64,000 bases of DNA from an uncultured bacterium (lineage in GTDB: Bacteria > Krumholzibacteriota > Krumholzibacteriia > JACNKJ01). The translations under genes were made by a program, and so were the position numbers. This document shows, one piece after another, positions 35,430-46,502 of the stretch; position 1 is the stretch's first letter, and each line of letters opens with the position of its first letter. The notes under the pieces were generated by a model that worked only from the letters and a program-made list of their open reading frames with translations, searched no databases and was not told the DNA's origin. The DNA lies in the NCBI GenBank assembly GCA_964410395.1, contig CAYPGS010000018.1, forward strand, positions 1-64,000, given 5' to 3'.

Positions 35430-38400
35430 TGCCCCGGCGTCACGATCTGAACTCCGTGCTGGTGCTGGGATCCGGTCCTATCGTGATCGGACAGGCCTGC
35501 GAGTTCGACTACTCGGGCACCCAGGCCCTCAAGGCCCTGCGCGGCGAAGGCTTGAGAACCATTCTGGTGAACAGCAATCCGGCCACCATCATGACCGACC
35601 CGGGCCTTGCCGACGCCACCTACCTTGAGCCGCTCTGTGCCTCGCGAGTCGCGAAGATCATCGAGCAGGAAAGGCCCGATGCCGTCCTGCCCACCGTGGG
35701 CGGGCAGACGGGTCTGAACCTCGGACTGGAGCTCGCGGAATCGGGTCTGCTCGAGAAGTTCGGCGTGGAGATGATCGGCGCGGGCGTCCGGAGCGTGCGT
35801 CTGGCCGAGGATCGGGAGCGCTTCAAGCAGGCCATGGAGGCCATCGGCCTGCGCACCCCGCGAAGTCTGCTCCTTCGCAGCCTGGACGAGGCCGAGGCGG
35901 CCATGGACCAGCTGGGCTTTCCCGCCATTCTGAGGGCCAGTTTCACCCTGGGCGGGTCCGGCAGCGGCATCGCCGAAAGCCGGGAGGAGTTTCTTGCCAT
36001 CCTGGCCGAGGGTCTCTCGCTTTCGCCCGTGGGAAGCGTGCTCGCGGAAGAGAGCGTGCTCGGCTGGAAGGAGTACGAACTCGAGGTGGTGCGCGACCGC
36101 GTCGGCAACGGCATCGTGGTCTGTTCCATCGAGAACTTCGACGCCATGGGCGTGCACACGGGCGACAGCATCACCGTCGCGCCAGCCCAGACCCTCAGCG
36201 ACCGCGAGTATCAGTTGCTGCGCGACGAGGCCCTCCGCGTGATGGACGCCGTGGGCGTGGCCACCGGCGGCTCCAACGTGCAGTTCGCCGTGGATCCCGA
36301 GAGCGGCGAGCACGTGGTCATCGAGATGAATCCGCGGGTGAGCCGGTCCAGCGCCCTGGCCAGCAAGGCCACGGGCTACCCCATCGCCAAGATCGCCACC
36401 CTGCTCGCCATCGGCTACACCCTCGACGAGCTTCCCAACGAGATCACGGGCCAAAGCTCGGCCTGCTTCGAACCGAGCATCGACTACACGGTGGTGAAGG
36501 TCCCCCGCTGGTCCTTCGAGAAGTTCCCCGGCACTCCAGACAGGTTGGGAACCAGCATGCAGTCGGTGGGCGAGGTCATGGCCATGGGCCGCAGTTTCCG
36601 CGAGGCCCTGCAGAAGGCCCTGCGCTCCCTGGAGCTGGGCCTGGACGGATGGTGCTCCACGGCCACCGGCCGCAGCGGCGAGGAACTGATGGCGGCCCTG
36701 GCCCGTCCTCATCCCGACCGGCTCCGCGACCTGCACGAGGCGCTCCGGCGCGGCTTCGGCACCGAGGAGATTCACCGGACCACGGGCATCGATCCCTGGT
36801 TCCTGGATAACCTCACCCGCCTGACCGAAGTGGAAGGCCGCCTCCGCAGCTTCAGCCTGGAGGAACTGCCCGAGGAGCTCCTTCGTGAGGCCAAGCGCGA
36901 GGGCTTCAGCGACCGGCGCATCGCCTCCCTGCTGCAGGGCGAGGCTCTCGCCGAAGATCTGCGGGCGAGGCGTGGTTCCCTCGGGCTCGAGCCCGTCTTC
37001 CGACGGGTGGACAGCTGCGCCGCGGAATTCCCCGCCGACACGCCCTATCTTTACTCCACCTGGGAGGACGGGCCCTGCGAGAGCCGACCCACGGATCGCC
37101 CCAAGGTGATCGTGCTGGGCAGCGGCCCCAATCGCATCGGCCAGGGCATCGAGTTCGACGCCTGCTGCTGTCACGCGGTGGAAGCCCTGCGGGAGGACGG
37201 CATCGAGGCCGTCATGATCAACTGCAATCCGGAAACCGTGAGCACGGACTACGACATCTCCGACCGGCTCTACTTCGAACCGCTGCGTTTCGAGGAGGTC
37301 ATGCAGATCGTCGAGATCGAGAAACCCCAGGGCGTGATCCCCACCCTCGGCGGACAGACGCCCCTGAAGCTGGCCGGCGAACTGGCGGCGGCGGGTGTTG
37401 CCCTGCTCGGCACCTCCGTGGAGGCCATCGACAGGGCGGAAGATCGCGATCGTTTCGGTGCGACCCTCGAGAAGCTCGACATTCCCGCCCCCGCCTTCGG
37501 CACGGCGCGATCCCCGGACGAGGCCCTGAGCGTCGCGGACAAACTCGGCTATCCGGTCATGATGCGTCCCAGCTTCGTGCTCGGTGGCCGCGCCATGCGA
37601 GTGGTCTACGATGACGCAGAACTTCGGGAGTTTTTCCACGAAGCCGCTCGGGTCTCGCCGGATCATCCCGTGCTCATCGACCAGTTCCTCGAAGGTGCGA
37701 CGGAGTACGATCTGGACGCCGTGGCCGACGGCGACCAGGTGCTCATCGGCGGCATCATGCAGCACATCGAGGAGGCGGGGATTCACAGCGGGGATAGCTT
37801 CGCCGTCTATCCGCCTCACGACTCCGGCGCCCAGGAGCTCAGGCTCATGGGCGAGTACGCGGAGCGCATCGCCGTGGAACTGGGCGTGCGGGGGCTGCTG
37901 AACATCCAGTTCGCGTGCCGGGGTGGCGAAGTCTTCGTGCTCGAGGTGAATCCGCGCGCCTCGCGCACCGTGCCCTTCCTCGAGAAGGCCACCGGCCTGC
38001 CCCTCAGCAAGATCGCCACGCGCTGCATGCTGGGACGGAGCCTCGCCGACCAGGGCGTCGCCGGGCCGCCGCCTCCCGATGGCTTCTACGTGAAGGCGCC
38101 GGTCTTCCCCTTCCGTCGATTCCCGAGGAGCGACCGGCTTCTGGGACCCGAGATGAAGAGTACGGGTGAGGTCATGGGCATGGGCCAGAGCTTCGCCGAA
38201 GCCTTCGCCAAGGCCCATCTCGCCACCGGACAGGGACTCCCCGACCAGGGTCGCGTCTTCCTCAGCGTGAACGATCTGGACAAGCCCGCGCTCTTCTCCA
38301 TCGCCCGTCAGCTGGACACCATGGGTTTCGCGCTGGTGGCCACCCGCGGCTGCGCGGCCTATCTGCGCGACCGGGGACTCGAGGTGGAAACTGTGGCCAA

Positions 38401-38668
38401 GGTCGGCGAGGGCAGCCCTCACGTGGCCGATCTCATTCGGGCCGGCCAGGTGCAGATGGTCATCAATACGCCCCTGGGACAGGCCAGTCGCTACGACGAG
38501 GTGCCCATCCGATCCAGCGCCACGGCCATGGACATTCCATGCATCACCACACTGGCCGGCGCCCGCGCCGCGGTGGACGGCATCCGCGCTCAGCGCGAGG
38601 GCCTAGGGGAAGCTCGTGGCCTTCCTTCGCGCTCCGGTTCGGGCGCTCGAGCGGCCAGCCATAGCTAA
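35429..38668 (+). CDS. carB: Carbamoyl-phosphate synthase large subunit
   Basis: 1079 aa with duplicated ATP-grasp halves, oligomerisation domain and MGS-like C-terminus. Start overlaps the carA stop (ATGA). Confidence 0.95.
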   Translation: MPRRHDLNSVLVLGSGPIVIGQACEFDYSGTQALKALRGEGLRTILVNSNPATIMTDPGLADATYLEPLCASRVAKIIEQERPDAVLPTVGGQTGLNLGLELAESGLLEKFGVEMIGAGVRSVRLAEDRERFKQAMEAIGLRTPRSLLLRSLDEAEAAMDQLGFPAILRASFTLGGSGSGIAESREEFLAILAEGLSLSPVGSVLAEESVLGWKEYELEVVRDRVGNGIVVCSIENFDAMGVHTGDSITVAPAQTLSDREYQLLRDEALRVMDAVGVATGGSNVQFAVDPESGEHVVIEMNPRVSRSSALASKATGYPIAKIATLLAIGYTLDELPNEITGQSSACFEPSIDYTVVKVPRWSFEKFPGTPDRLGTSMQSVGEVMAMGRSFREALQKALRSLELGLDGWCSTATGRSGEELMAALARPHPDRLRDLHEALRRGFGTEEIHRTTGIDPWFLDNLTRLTEVEGRLRSFSLEELPEELLREAKREGFSDRRIASLLQGEALAEDLRARRGSLGLEPVFRRVDSCAAEFPADTPYLYSTWEDGPCESRPTDRPKVIVLGSGPNRIGQGIEFDACCCHAVEALREDGIEAVMINCNPETVSTDYDISDRLYFEPLRFEEVMQIVEIEKPQGVIPTLGGQTPLKLAGELAAAGVALLGTSVEAIDRAEDRDRFGATLEKLDIPAPAFGTARSPDEALSVADKLGYPVMMRPSFVLGGRAMRVVYDDAELREFFHEAARVSPDHPVLIDQFLEGATEYDLDAVADGDQVLIGGIMQHIEEAGIHSGDSFAVYPPHDSGAQELRLMGEYAERIAVELGVRGLLNIQFACRGGEVFVLEVNPRASRTVPFLEKATGLPLSKIATRCMLGRSLADQGVAGPPPPDGFYVKAPVFPFRRFPRSDRLLGPEMKSTGEVMGMGQSFAEAFAKAHLATGQGLPDQGRVFLSVNDLDKPALFSIARQLDTMGFALVATRGCAAYLRDRGLEVETVAKVGEGSPHVADLIRAGQVQMVINTPLGQASRYDEVPIRSSATAMDIPCITTLAGARAAVDGIRAQREGLGEARGLPSRSGSGARAASHS

Positions 38669-38749
38669 GCCACAAGGCCGCCTCACAAGTCGCGTCTCAG
38701 GAAGCCACTGCGCTTCTTGTTCTGGGATTCCGTACCCGGGTGCAATCGC

Positions 38750-38823
38750 ATAGGTGGATAGTCCACCCGGGTGGACAGAAACGAAGCGGTCCTTGCAGGG
38801 TGCGAAGCAGTACACGTGTACAG
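38750..38823. repeat. Cluster of palindromes in the carB to M36 convergent spacer: GGTGGAtaGTCCACCcgGGTGGAC and aGTACACGTGTACa
   Basis: Alternating GGTGGA/TCCACC arms (~38750-38777) and a copy of the CACGTG-core palindrome (~38810-38823). Confidence 0.3.
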
Positions 38824-38882
38824 TCTCGCTCCGAAACGAAGGGGCTTTCTCCACTCGCTTCGCTTCGCAAAAATAGAAAACG

Positions 38883-38951
38883 GGGGAGGCAGGATGCCTC
38901 CCCCGAACGATTTGCGAAGCTCTAGTGAGGGGGAGGCGTCCTGCCTCCCTC
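38883..38951. terminator. Double-hairpin element (GGGGGAGGCAggaTGCCTCCCCC plus inverted copy), terminator of the M36-1 gene, copy 2 of 3
   Basis: Two GC hairpins in opposite orientation. On the minus strand the distal hairpin is followed by GTTTTCTATTTTT. Confidence 0.55.
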
Positions 38952-38956
38952 GCTCT

Positions 38957-41839
38957 CTACTTGATGAGAACCATGGTCCGGCTCTTCACCTCTCCGTTCG
39001 CCGAGAGGCGATAGAGGTAGACGCCGCTGCCCACGGGGTTGCCCTTCTGATCGCGACCTTCCCAGATGACGCGGTGCTCGCCGGCGACCATCTGGTCGGC
39101 GATGAGGGTGCGCACCAGGCGGCCGTTGACGTCGAAGACCTTCAGATCCACGCGTCCGTCGGTCTCAAGAGCGAACTTGATCTCGGTGCGCGGGTTGAAG
39201 GGATTCGGATGGTTCTGCTCGAGGCGCAGGGGCACGCCGATGGTGAACTCGTCGTCCACGTTCGTGCCGCCGATGACCGCGTGGATCATGAGGTCATCCA
39301 GGGCGCCCTCGACCAAGGTCGGGATGGTGCCGTCCTTGACCTCGAACTTGAACTGAACCTGTCCGGGCTGTGCGAACAGATCGTGCAGGTAGAACTCGTT
39401 GTCCTTCCAATACGCTTCCATCGAACCGGTGTCGACATCCAGTTCGACCCAGTTGGACCCGCCGTCATTCGAGATGGACGCCGTCCAGGAATCACCCGTG
39501 CGACCGTAGTACCAGTACCAGTAGCTGATGTAAACCTCGCTGGCCTGGGTCAAGTCGTAGATGGGCGAAAGCAGCGTGACCGTACCGCCGGTGACGTCGT
39601 TGAAGTTGTCGGCCTCGCCGGGGGTGTGCTGACCGGTCACCCAACACAGGGTTCCGGGGTGGCTGATGTCGTCCTCGGGCTGTGCGGTGGTTCCGATGGG
39701 ATCCGCGCGCTCCCAGTGTCCCGTGCTGGCGGTGGCTTCGGTGCTCCAACCGGCGTCGATCTCCATGTCCTCGAGGCGCCAGGCCACGAAGAACTTGTGG
39801 AAGACGTTCGGAGCGCCCCAAGGCGAGGTTCCCGTGGTGCCCACGGTGTCCTCGGCGTAGATGTAGTAGTCCACCTGACCGGCCTGCTGCCCCGGAATCT
39901 GTCCGAAGAAGTAGGAACCGTTCATGGTATCCATATCCACGCTGTTCCAGCTGCCGCCGTTGTGGCGGTAGTAGATGGTGGCGGATTCGGGATCCAGCGG
40001 ACCCTCGGTGGACGAGATGGTCGCGCCCACGGTGTAGGGACCATCCATGTCGCCGGTGTCCGTCAGCGGAGTGTGCTCGAAGAGCACGCCCACGAGGATG
40101 GGCGGCACGTCGTAACCGTGATGCGTGGCCGCCGCGGAGAGAATGCTGTAGTGAGGCGTTCCATTGTCGAGGTCGCCGTCGTCGTCGTCGGCCATGAAGG
40201 TCCAGAAGACCTGGTCGGGCTGGTTGGTGGGATGCCCCATCAAACGCCCGTAGTGCCAGCGCTCGGCGGCCATGATGGTGCCCAACTCGTCACCGTAGTT
40301 GGACTGCATTCCCATCATGATGTCCCAGTGGAAGCCCGCGATGATCTGACCGTCGTGGTGGATCTGCCCGTTCATGTCTTCGGGGTAGATCAGGTCGTTG
40401 TCGGAGTTGCGGATTCCGTCGGTGCAGTTGCCCAGGTAGAAGCCGCGGCCGATGATGGACTCCTGCGTCATGAGGTTGGCCAGAACGTCGGAGTTACCTT
40501 CACCCAATCCCTGATCGCCCTGCCATCCGAGGATGGCGGCCTGCACGCCGTGACCGAACTCGTGATGCACCACTCCCTGGATCTCACCGGTGTTGGCGCA
40601 GCCGCCGCCTTCGGTGAAGAAGTTGATGCTGCCGTTCCAGTAGGCATTGCAGTTGTCGTTGAGGCTCACGTAAGCGTTCATCCGCTGGTTCGGCAGCGCG
40701 AACTCCGGAGCCCAGAGCTGGAAGAAGTCATGAATATCGTTGACGGCGTTGAAGACGTCGCGCTCGTCGTTCTGAGCGTTGAGGTCATCGTAAGAGATCG
40801 TCAGCGGAGTCCCTTCCCAGGCGGTTCCCGTGAATGTCGCCTCGGGGCCCCCCGAGTTCGTGATGTTGCAATAGGGACCATAGAGGTCGGCCGTGATCTG
40901 GGCCGTACCGCTGGGGCTGCTCCAATCACCATTCTCGTCGGTATAGACCGTTCCGCTGCCCGCAACCTGAACGCGCAGGTAGGGCACGGACTGATCATGG
41001 ATGCCGTTGCACCAGGTGTCCGGCTGCACTTCGGAGTTCGTGTCGCCTTCGATGAAGAAGTGCACATCGTTGTAGCGCCAGACGATCTCGCCGGTATGGG
41101 CGTCCACGTGGGTCACCCAGATACCGACCGGATCGGCCGTATGCACGCGCAGGCGCCAGACCAGGTGATACTCCACGCTCTCCTCGCTGAGGGGCACAGG
41201 GAGCACGACCAGTTCGGGCGCGGCTTCGACGCTGTCCTCGGCGGGATTGAAGCCGACATCCATGCGCGCGATCTGCTCAGCCTGATCGGCGGAGATGGCA
41301 GGCATGGCGGACAGATCGATATCGTTGTAGAGATCCGAGCCCGCAGCAATCAAGCGTCCATCTTCGGTGAAGGCGGCGAAGGCCTTGCCCTGCCAGACTT
41401 CGATTCCCTCGAAGGTCTGAGCGAGATGAGCGACCCACTTGCCCTTGTAGTTCACGCGATCGGTGATCTGCAACTCAACGCCGGCGGCACCGAGGTGCTC
41501 GGCCTGCTCGTCGAAGAGACGAAGCGTGGCGGCGTCAAGATCCACCGCGGAGCGCATGCCAGCGGTGTAGGCAGTGTTGCCGTAGACGATATGAGGCGTG
41601 CCGGCCTGGGAGTTCCAAGACCAGACATGCCAGTTGCCGCCCAGATCCTGGGCGAGTCCCTCTTCCACCGCGGCGCTAGCCTGGAGCGTCGCGAAGGATT
41701 CATAGATGTGGAGGTCGTAGGTGCCGAGAGGGATGGCGAAATCTTGCGAGTGTTCCGGTGCCTTGAACGCCTGGCTCGTGATGAGAACCAGCGCAAGACC
41801 GAGGGTGGTCAGAGCAAGGCTGAAGCGGGACTGCTTCAC
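38957..41839 (-). CDS. M36 (fungalysin)-like gluzincin metalloprotease with FTP/PepSY-like propeptide region and T9SS C-terminal sorting domain (paralog 1)
   Basis: GTG start 8 nt after GGAGG, encoding signal peptide KQSRFSLALTTLGLALVLITSQAFKA. VVHHEFGHGVQAAILG (HExxH) plus downstream GLGEGNSDV (third ligand Glu, EGxSD as in M36). C-terminal GVYLYRLSANGEVKSRTMVLIK. Confidence 0.8.
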   Translation of the reverse strand: MKQSRFSLALTTLGLALVLITSQAFKAPEHSQDFAIPLGTYDLHIYESFATLQASAAVEEGLAQDLGGNWHVWSWNSQAGTPHIVYGNTAYTAGMRSAVDLDAATLRLFDEQAEHLGAAGVELQITDRVNYKGKWVAHLAQTFEGIEVWQGKAFAAFTEDGRLIAAGSDLYNDIDLSAMPAISADQAEQIARMDVGFNPAEDSVEAAPELVVLPVPLSEESVEYHLVWRLRVHTADPVGIWVTHVDAHTGEIVWRYNDVHFFIEGDTNSEVQPDTWCNGIHDQSVPYLRVQVAGSGTVYTDENGDWSSPSGTAQITADLYGPYCNITNSGGPEATFTGTAWEGTPLTISYDDLNAQNDERDVFNAVNDIHDFFQLWAPEFALPNQRMNAYVSLNDNCNAYWNGSINFFTEGGGCANTGEIQGVVHHEFGHGVQAAILGWQGDQGLGEGNSDVLANLMTQESIIGRGFYLGNCTDGIRNSDNDLIYPEDMNGQIHHDGQIIAGFHWDIMMGMQSNYGDELGTIMAAERWHYGRLMGHPTNQPDQVFWTFMADDDDGDLDNGTPHYSILSAAATHHGYDVPPILVGVLFEHTPLTDTGDMDGPYTVGATISSTEGPLDPESATIYYRHNGGSWNSVDMDTMNGSYFFGQIPGQQAGQVDYYIYAEDTVGTTGTSPWGAPNVFHKFFVAWRLEDMEIDAGWSTEATASTGHWERADPIGTTAQPEDDISHPGTLCWVTGQHTPGEADNFNDVTGGTVTLLSPIYDLTQASEVYISYWYWYYGRTGDSWTASISNDGGSNWVELDVDTGSMEAYWKDNEFYLHDLFAQPGQVQFKFEVKDGTIPTLVEGALDDLMIHAVIGGTNVDDEFTIGVPLRLEQNHPNPFNPRTEIKFALETDGRVDLKVFDVNGRLVRTLIADQMVAGEHRVIWEGRDQKGNPVGSGVYLYRLSANGEVKSRTMVLIK

Positions 41840-42097
41840 GGGGAGCCTCCTATATGGAAGGGGGACATGGGGATTGGATGAGGCGATAATTGTAAATTGT
41901 ACCACATATGAACGGAAATTGGGAACGGGGAAGGGGCCGTGCTGCGGTTCTATGGGGAAGATCGGGGCCCCAACCCCTCATCGAGGCTGACGCCCCGAAT
42001 TCAAGAAGGTGAAGATTTTCCAAGAAAATATAAACTTGCCAGGTCCGCAAGAGGCTAACAGCGTTACCCACCACTTCAAAAAACAGCCAGTTGTGGA

Positions 42098-42670
42098 TCA
42101 GAATAGCTGCTTAATGGCACTCCAGCTGGATTCATGGGTCGCTGTCGGGAACCAGGAACAGTAGCACCAGGATGGATCCGTGCAGTTGAAAGTAAACTGC
42201 CCTCCCATGACATCGACGATCTCGAAATCCGCGTCCACGACCACGAGGCACTCGCAGTCGGCTCCCTCTCCAACCGTCATGATCCAGTCATCGAGGATCC
42301 AGGTGGGATCGAACATCGTGAATTCGATGGATCCCAGGTGGATCAAGGGACCCGGCTGGGGCTCGGAGAAGGCGATGGAGAAGTCCCAGGTGATGTCGCC
42401 GATGATCAAATCGCTGTTCCAGTACTCGTAGGCAGATCCTATCGGATAACCTGGGTTACCCGGATAGTTGGCAATTCGGAATTCAGCGGCCGTGACTGCA
42501 TCGATATCCGGTACGACGGCCATCACATGCACCATCATGGGGACGTACTCTTCGATCGGAGCATGGCATTCGGAGCCCCAGACATCGTCGGCGAAGATTC
42601 CGATGAGACCCTGGGCAATGCCAGGACCGGCTACGGCGAGGCACAACATCACAAGCACGAGTTGGCGCAT
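42098..42670 (-). CDS. Cys-rich secreted protein, family member G (tail ..SSWSAIKQLF)
   Basis: RBS GGGAGGG; signal peptide MRQLVLVMLCLAVAGPGIAQG; body homologous to F (..AAEFRI.NYPGNPGYP..WDFSIAFSEP..CECLVVVD..); C-terminus TATHESSWSAIKQLF. Confidence 0.6.
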   Translation of the reverse strand: MRQLVLVMLCLAVAGPGIAQGLIGIFADDVWGSECHAPIEEYVPMMVHVMAVVPDIDAVTAAEFRIANYPGNPGYPIGSAYEYWNSDLIIGDITWDFSIAFSEPQPGPLIHLGSIEFTMFDPTWILDDWIMTVGEGADCECLVVVDADFEIVDVMGGQFTFNCTDPSWCYCSWFPTATHESSWSAIKQLF

Positions 42671-42764
42671 CACATCCCTCCCGTCGAATCGTGGAGCAGA
42701 ACAATTATACACAAATGCCCCATCCTATGGAAAGCGATGGGTAATCTATCGATGCAAATGGAAA

Positions 42765-42832
42765 GGGGAGGGCAGAGGCCCTCCCCGAGTGACATGTGAA
42801 GCTGGAACGAGGGGAGGGCCTCTGCCCTCCCC
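42765..42832. terminator. Double-hairpin element (GGGGAGGGCagagGCCCTCCCC and its exact reverse complement 25 nt away), terminator of the M36-2 gene, copy 3 of 3
   Basis: The second hairpin, GGGGAGGGCctctGCCCTCCCC, is the precise inverse of the first. Located 5 bp from the M36-2 stop. Confidence 0.55.
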
Positions 42833-42837
42833 TATGC

Positions 42838-45765
42838 TTACTTGATCAGAACCATCCTCTTGCTCTGGGTGCCCTCTTCCGTGGCGAGTCGATAAAAGTA
42901 GACGCCGCTTCCCACGGGCTCGCCCTGCTCGTCGCGACCGTCCCAGATCACGCGATGCTCGCCGGCGTCCATGTTTCCGGCGGCGAGGTTCTTCACCATG
43001 CGGCCGGCCACATCGAAGACGCTCAGGTCCACGCGTCCGCTCGCCGGCAGCGAGAAGGTGATCTCCGTTCGCGGGTTGAAGGGATTGGGCGCGTTCTGCT
43101 CCAGACGCAGAGGCACGCTCACGGCGAAGTCCTCATCGAGATCGGTGCCGAAGAGCGCGGTGATGGACACGTCGTCGATGGCGGCCTCCACCAGCGAGTT
43201 GTCGCCGGAGTCGTCCGCCACGAACTTGAACTGCACCTGTCCGTACTCGGTCACCCAGTCGTTCAGATCGAAGATCACCGAGACCCAGGCGTTGGTGCTG
43301 GCAGTCGTGGACTCCAGGGCGGTCCAGCTGGAGCCGCCGTCATTGGAGAAGTAGCTGCGCCAGGTGTCCTCGCCCGGATTGGGACCCTTGTCGTTGGAGT
43401 ACCACTTCCAGTAGCGCACGTTCACGGAGCTGGCGCCGGTGAGGTCGTAGACGGGGCTGAAGAGCGTGGTCTTGCCGCCGTCCACGTCGTTGGCGCCGTC
43501 GCTGCTGCCCATGCGTCCGTCGGTGACCCAGCAATCGGTGCCCTCGCTGGTGTGATCGTCCTCGGGCTGAGCGCTGGTGCCGTCGGGATCCATGCGGTTC
43601 CACTCGCCGTCGTCGGCGGTGTCGAAGATGTCCCCCACCGTCCAGCCACCATCCTCCTCGGCCGGATCGATGGCCCAGGCCACCAGGAAACTGAAGGGCT
43701 CGCCCGGCGCGTCATCGGGATGATAGCCCACGGTACCCAGATCGTCCTCGGCGTAGAGGTAGTAATCGACCCGGCCGCCGGAGGTGGGCGGAATCGAGGC
43801 CTCGAACTGGCCGCCGCCCAGATCGCTCATGCCCGACTCGACCCAGAGGCCGCCCTCGTAGCGATAGCGCAGTTTCACGGTGGACGGGTCGATGTTGCCC
43901 TCCACGGACCAGATGGTCGCCTCGATGGGGTAAGCATTGTCGCTGTCGGTGGTGTCGTCCAGAGGCGCGTGCACGAAGACGATGCCCGCGGGAATCGGAC
44001 ACTCGAAGCAGTGGTTCTCGGCCGCCTCGCAGTAGATGTCGCCGTGGGGCGTGCCGTTGAGGATGTCATCGTCGTCGTCGTCGGCGATGAAGGTCCAGAG
44101 CACCTGGTCGGGCTGGTACTCGGGATGTCCGAGCACGCGGCCGTAGTGCCAGTTGCTCGCCGCCACGATCGTACCCGGCGAGTCCCAGGCGCTTTCGCCG
44201 CCGTCGTAGAGTTCCTGCAGCAAGACCATGGCGTCCCAGTTGAAGCCGGCGATGATCTGGCCATCATGGTGAACGCTGCCGTTGAGGTCGGAGGGATAGC
44301 AGAGATCGTTGTCCGAGTTCCGGATGCCGCTCACGCAGTTGCCCAGGTAGAAGCCCCGGCCGATCACCGAATCCTGGGTGATCAGGTTGCCGAGAATGTC
44401 GCTGTTGCCCTCGCCCAGGCCCTCTTCGCCCTGGTATCCCAGGATGGCCGCCTGCACGCCGTGACCGAACTCGTGGTGCACCACCTGCTGCAGCTCGCCC
44501 GTATTGGCGCAGCCGCCGGCGCTGTAGCAGAAGTTGATGGTGCCGTCCCACCAGGCGTTGCAGGGACAGTAGCCGTCGTCCCGGTTGATGGTCGCGTGGA
44601 TTTGCTGGTTGGCATAGGCGAACTCCGGCGCGAAGAGCTGGAAGAAATCGTGGATGTCGTTCACCGCGTCGAAGGTGTCCAGCTCGTCCTGGCGCGCGTT
44701 GCCGGAGTCGAAGTCGACGGTGAAGGGAACATCCTCGCTCACGACGCCGCTGAAGGAAGCTTCCTGCCCCTGGAAGTTGGTCACGTAGACATAGGGACCG
44801 TGAAGGTCGGCGCTGACGCTGCGATCGCCTCCGCTTCCCGCGATGGTCCAGTTGCCGTTCTCGTCGCTGGTCACCGTGCCGAGGCCGGCCACGTCAATGT
44901 CGAGGTAGGGAATCGTGGCCACGGTGATGCCGTCGCACCAGCCGTAGATCTGGGCGTCGATCTCCGTGTCGCCGCCGTAGGCAAAGTGGATGTCGTTTCG
45001 GCGCTGAAGGATCTCGCCGCTGTGGGCGTCCACGTCGGTGACCCAGATGCCCAGGGGCTCTTCGGTGCGCACCCGCACTCGCCAGACCAGGTGATGCTCC
45101 ACCTCTTCCTCATTCAGGGCAACCGGCAGCACATGGAGCACGCTCTCCCCGTCGAGGCGATCGGTGCTCGGGTCGAAGGGCAGATCGCCTCGGGCGATGT
45201 CCTCGGCCGCCAGGCGCGAGTAGGCGGGCAGGGTCGAGAGCTCGAGATCCGAGTAGACGTCCGATCCCATGAGCAGTAGTGAGCCGCTGTCGCTGAAGAG
45301 CACCACGGCCTTGCCGCCCTTGACCTCTACGCCTTCATGGACCTGCTGGAAGTGTACGGCCCACTTGCCCCTCGCATGTTCCACGGCCGCGAGGCGCAGG
45401 TTCTCACCGTTCGTGCCGAAGACCGAGGGGTGATCCGCGATGACCCGCCAGGCCGCGGCCTCGGCATCGGCCTCTCTGGACAGACTCGCGCCCATGGCGA
45501 TGGGCGAACCATAGACGTAGTGCGGCGTGCCGGTGCGCGCATTCCAGGACCAGACCTCCCAGTCCACGTCATGGCGCGCCTTGAGCTCGGATTTCAGCGA
45601 GCTCATGGCCTGCTCGACCGCAAAGGATCGGTACCCATGAAAATCGAACTCGGGAAAACGGATTTCATACTCGTCGTTCTGATCGACGGGCATGAAGGCG
45701 AAGCTGGCGGGCGCGAAGAGGGCCAGGATGGCCGCGATGAGACGTAAGGGGACGTTCGGGCGCAT
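42838..45765 (-). CDS. M36-like gluzincin metalloprotease with T9SS C-terminal sorting domain (paralog 2)
   Basis: RBS GGAGG before ATG 45765; signal peptide MRPNVPLRLIAAILALFAPASFA; VVHHEFGHGVQAAILGYQGEEGLGEGNSDI; C-terminal GVYFYRLATEEGTQSKRMVLIK. Collinear with paralog 1. The track ORF start (46095) is an unsupported upstream extension. Confidence 0.8.
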   Translation of the reverse strand: MRPNVPLRLIAAILALFAPASFAFMPVDQNDEYEIRFPEFDFHGYRSFAVEQAMSSLKSELKARHDVDWEVWSWNARTGTPHYVYGSPIAMGASLSREADAEAAAWRVIADHPSVFGTNGENLRLAAVEHARGKWAVHFQQVHEGVEVKGGKAVVLFSDSGSLLLMGSDVYSDLELSTLPAYSRLAAEDIARGDLPFDPSTDRLDGESVLHVLPVALNEEEVEHHLVWRVRVRTEEPLGIWVTDVDAHSGEILQRRNDIHFAYGGDTEIDAQIYGWCDGITVATIPYLDIDVAGLGTVTSDENGNWTIAGSGGDRSVSADLHGPYVYVTNFQGQEASFSGVVSEDVPFTVDFDSGNARQDELDTFDAVNDIHDFFQLFAPEFAYANQQIHATINRDDGYCPCNAWWDGTINFCYSAGGCANTGELQQVVHHEFGHGVQAAILGYQGEEGLGEGNSDILGNLITQDSVIGRGFYLGNCVSGIRNSDNDLCYPSDLNGSVHHDGQIIAGFNWDAMVLLQELYDGGESAWDSPGTIVAASNWHYGRVLGHPEYQPDQVLWTFIADDDDDDILNGTPHGDIYCEAAENHCFECPIPAGIVFVHAPLDDTTDSDNAYPIEATIWSVEGNIDPSTVKLRYRYEGGLWVESGMSDLGGGQFEASIPPTSGGRVDYYLYAEDDLGTVGYHPDDAPGEPFSFLVAWAIDPAEEDGGWTVGDIFDTADDGEWNRMDPDGTSAQPEDDHTSEGTDCWVTDGRMGSSDGANDVDGGKTTLFSPVYDLTGASSVNVRYWKWYSNDKGPNPGEDTWRSYFSNDGGSSWTALESTTASTNAWVSVIFDLNDWVTEYGQVQFKFVADDSGDNSLVEAAIDDVSITALFGTDLDEDFAVSVPLRLEQNAPNPFNPRTEITFSLPASGRVDLSVFDVAGRMVKNLAAGNMDAGEHRVIWDGRDEQGEPVGSGVYFYRLATEEGTQSKRMVLIK

Positions 45766-45872
45766 GAACCGGAGACCTCCGATGGAGCGGGAATGGGATT
45801 CGGTGCAGGGTTTAAGTATACCGCTTCCGGCCCCCGCGACCAAGGCCGCCGGCCATCGAGGACTCCTGGATC

Positions 45873-46502
45873 CTAAAGCCCTCGCAGGAAGGGGTTTGAG
45901 GCGGCCTCCTCCACGAGACTGCTGTCGGGACCGTGTCCGCTGTGAAGAACCGTGGAAGGCGGCAGCGCATCGATGATGCGCTCCTTGATCGAGCGCATGA
46001 GCGTGTCGTAGTCGCCGCCCGGCAGGTCGGTGCGGCCGATGGATCCGGCGAAGAGGGTGTCGCCGGCGAAAAGATGACCGTTCAGGCTGAGACACACGCC
46101 CCCGGGACTGTGACCCGGCGTGTGGATGACGCGCACCTCCAGCTCCCCCACCGCGACGGTTTCGCCATCGCGAAGGGGCTCGTCCAGGCGAGGAGGCTTC
46201 GCGGGCTCGATGCCATAGAGGCCACAGATCTGCTCGAGGTTCTCGACCAGGAAGCGGTCGTCCTCATGCATGCGGAAGGGGATCTCGAGACGGCTCTGCA
46301 GCTCCGCCGCGCCCAGCACGTGGTCCACATGGCCGTGAGTGTTCAGGATGCTCTCGATCTGGAGTCCATGCTGCTCGGCGCGGGCGATGAGGGTCTCCAC
46401 CTCGCCGCCTGGATCCACCACGAAGGCCTTCTTCGTCGCGGGATCGCCCACGAGGAAGGTGTTCTCCTGGAATGCGCCCACGGTGAGCATCTCGACGATC
46501 AT
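45873..46502 (-). CDS. MBL-fold hydrolase (hydroxyacylglutathione hydrolase/glyoxalase II-like)
   Basis: THGHVDHV motif and downstream His/Asp ligands (HTPGHSPG); ~209 aa. Directly follows moaA on the same strand. Confidence 0.8.
   Translation of the reverse strand: MIVEMLTVGAFQENTFLVGDPATKKAFVVDPGGEVETLIARAEQHGLQIESILNTHGHVDHVLGAAELQSRLEIPFRMHEDDRFLVENLEQICGLYGIEPAKPPRLDEPLRDGETVAVGELEVRVIHTPGHSPGGVCLSLNGHLFAGDTLFAGSIGRTDLPGGDYDTLMRSIKERIIDALPPSTVLHSGHGPDSSLVEEAASNPFLRGL

Noticed and set aside
35357-38422. 1021-aa ORF antisense to carB
   Set aside because: carB on the plus strand is unambiguous (full CPSase large-subunit sequence). The antisense ORF is Gly/Ala/Arg-rich with no motifs, a typical high-GC shadow ORF.
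38771-45279. Long plus-strand ORFs 38771..41881 and 42796..45279 opposite the two M36 genes
   Set aside because: Antisense shadows of well-supported minus-strand metalloprotease genes (HExxH, signal peptide, T9SS CTD); repetitive V/G/A/D composition.
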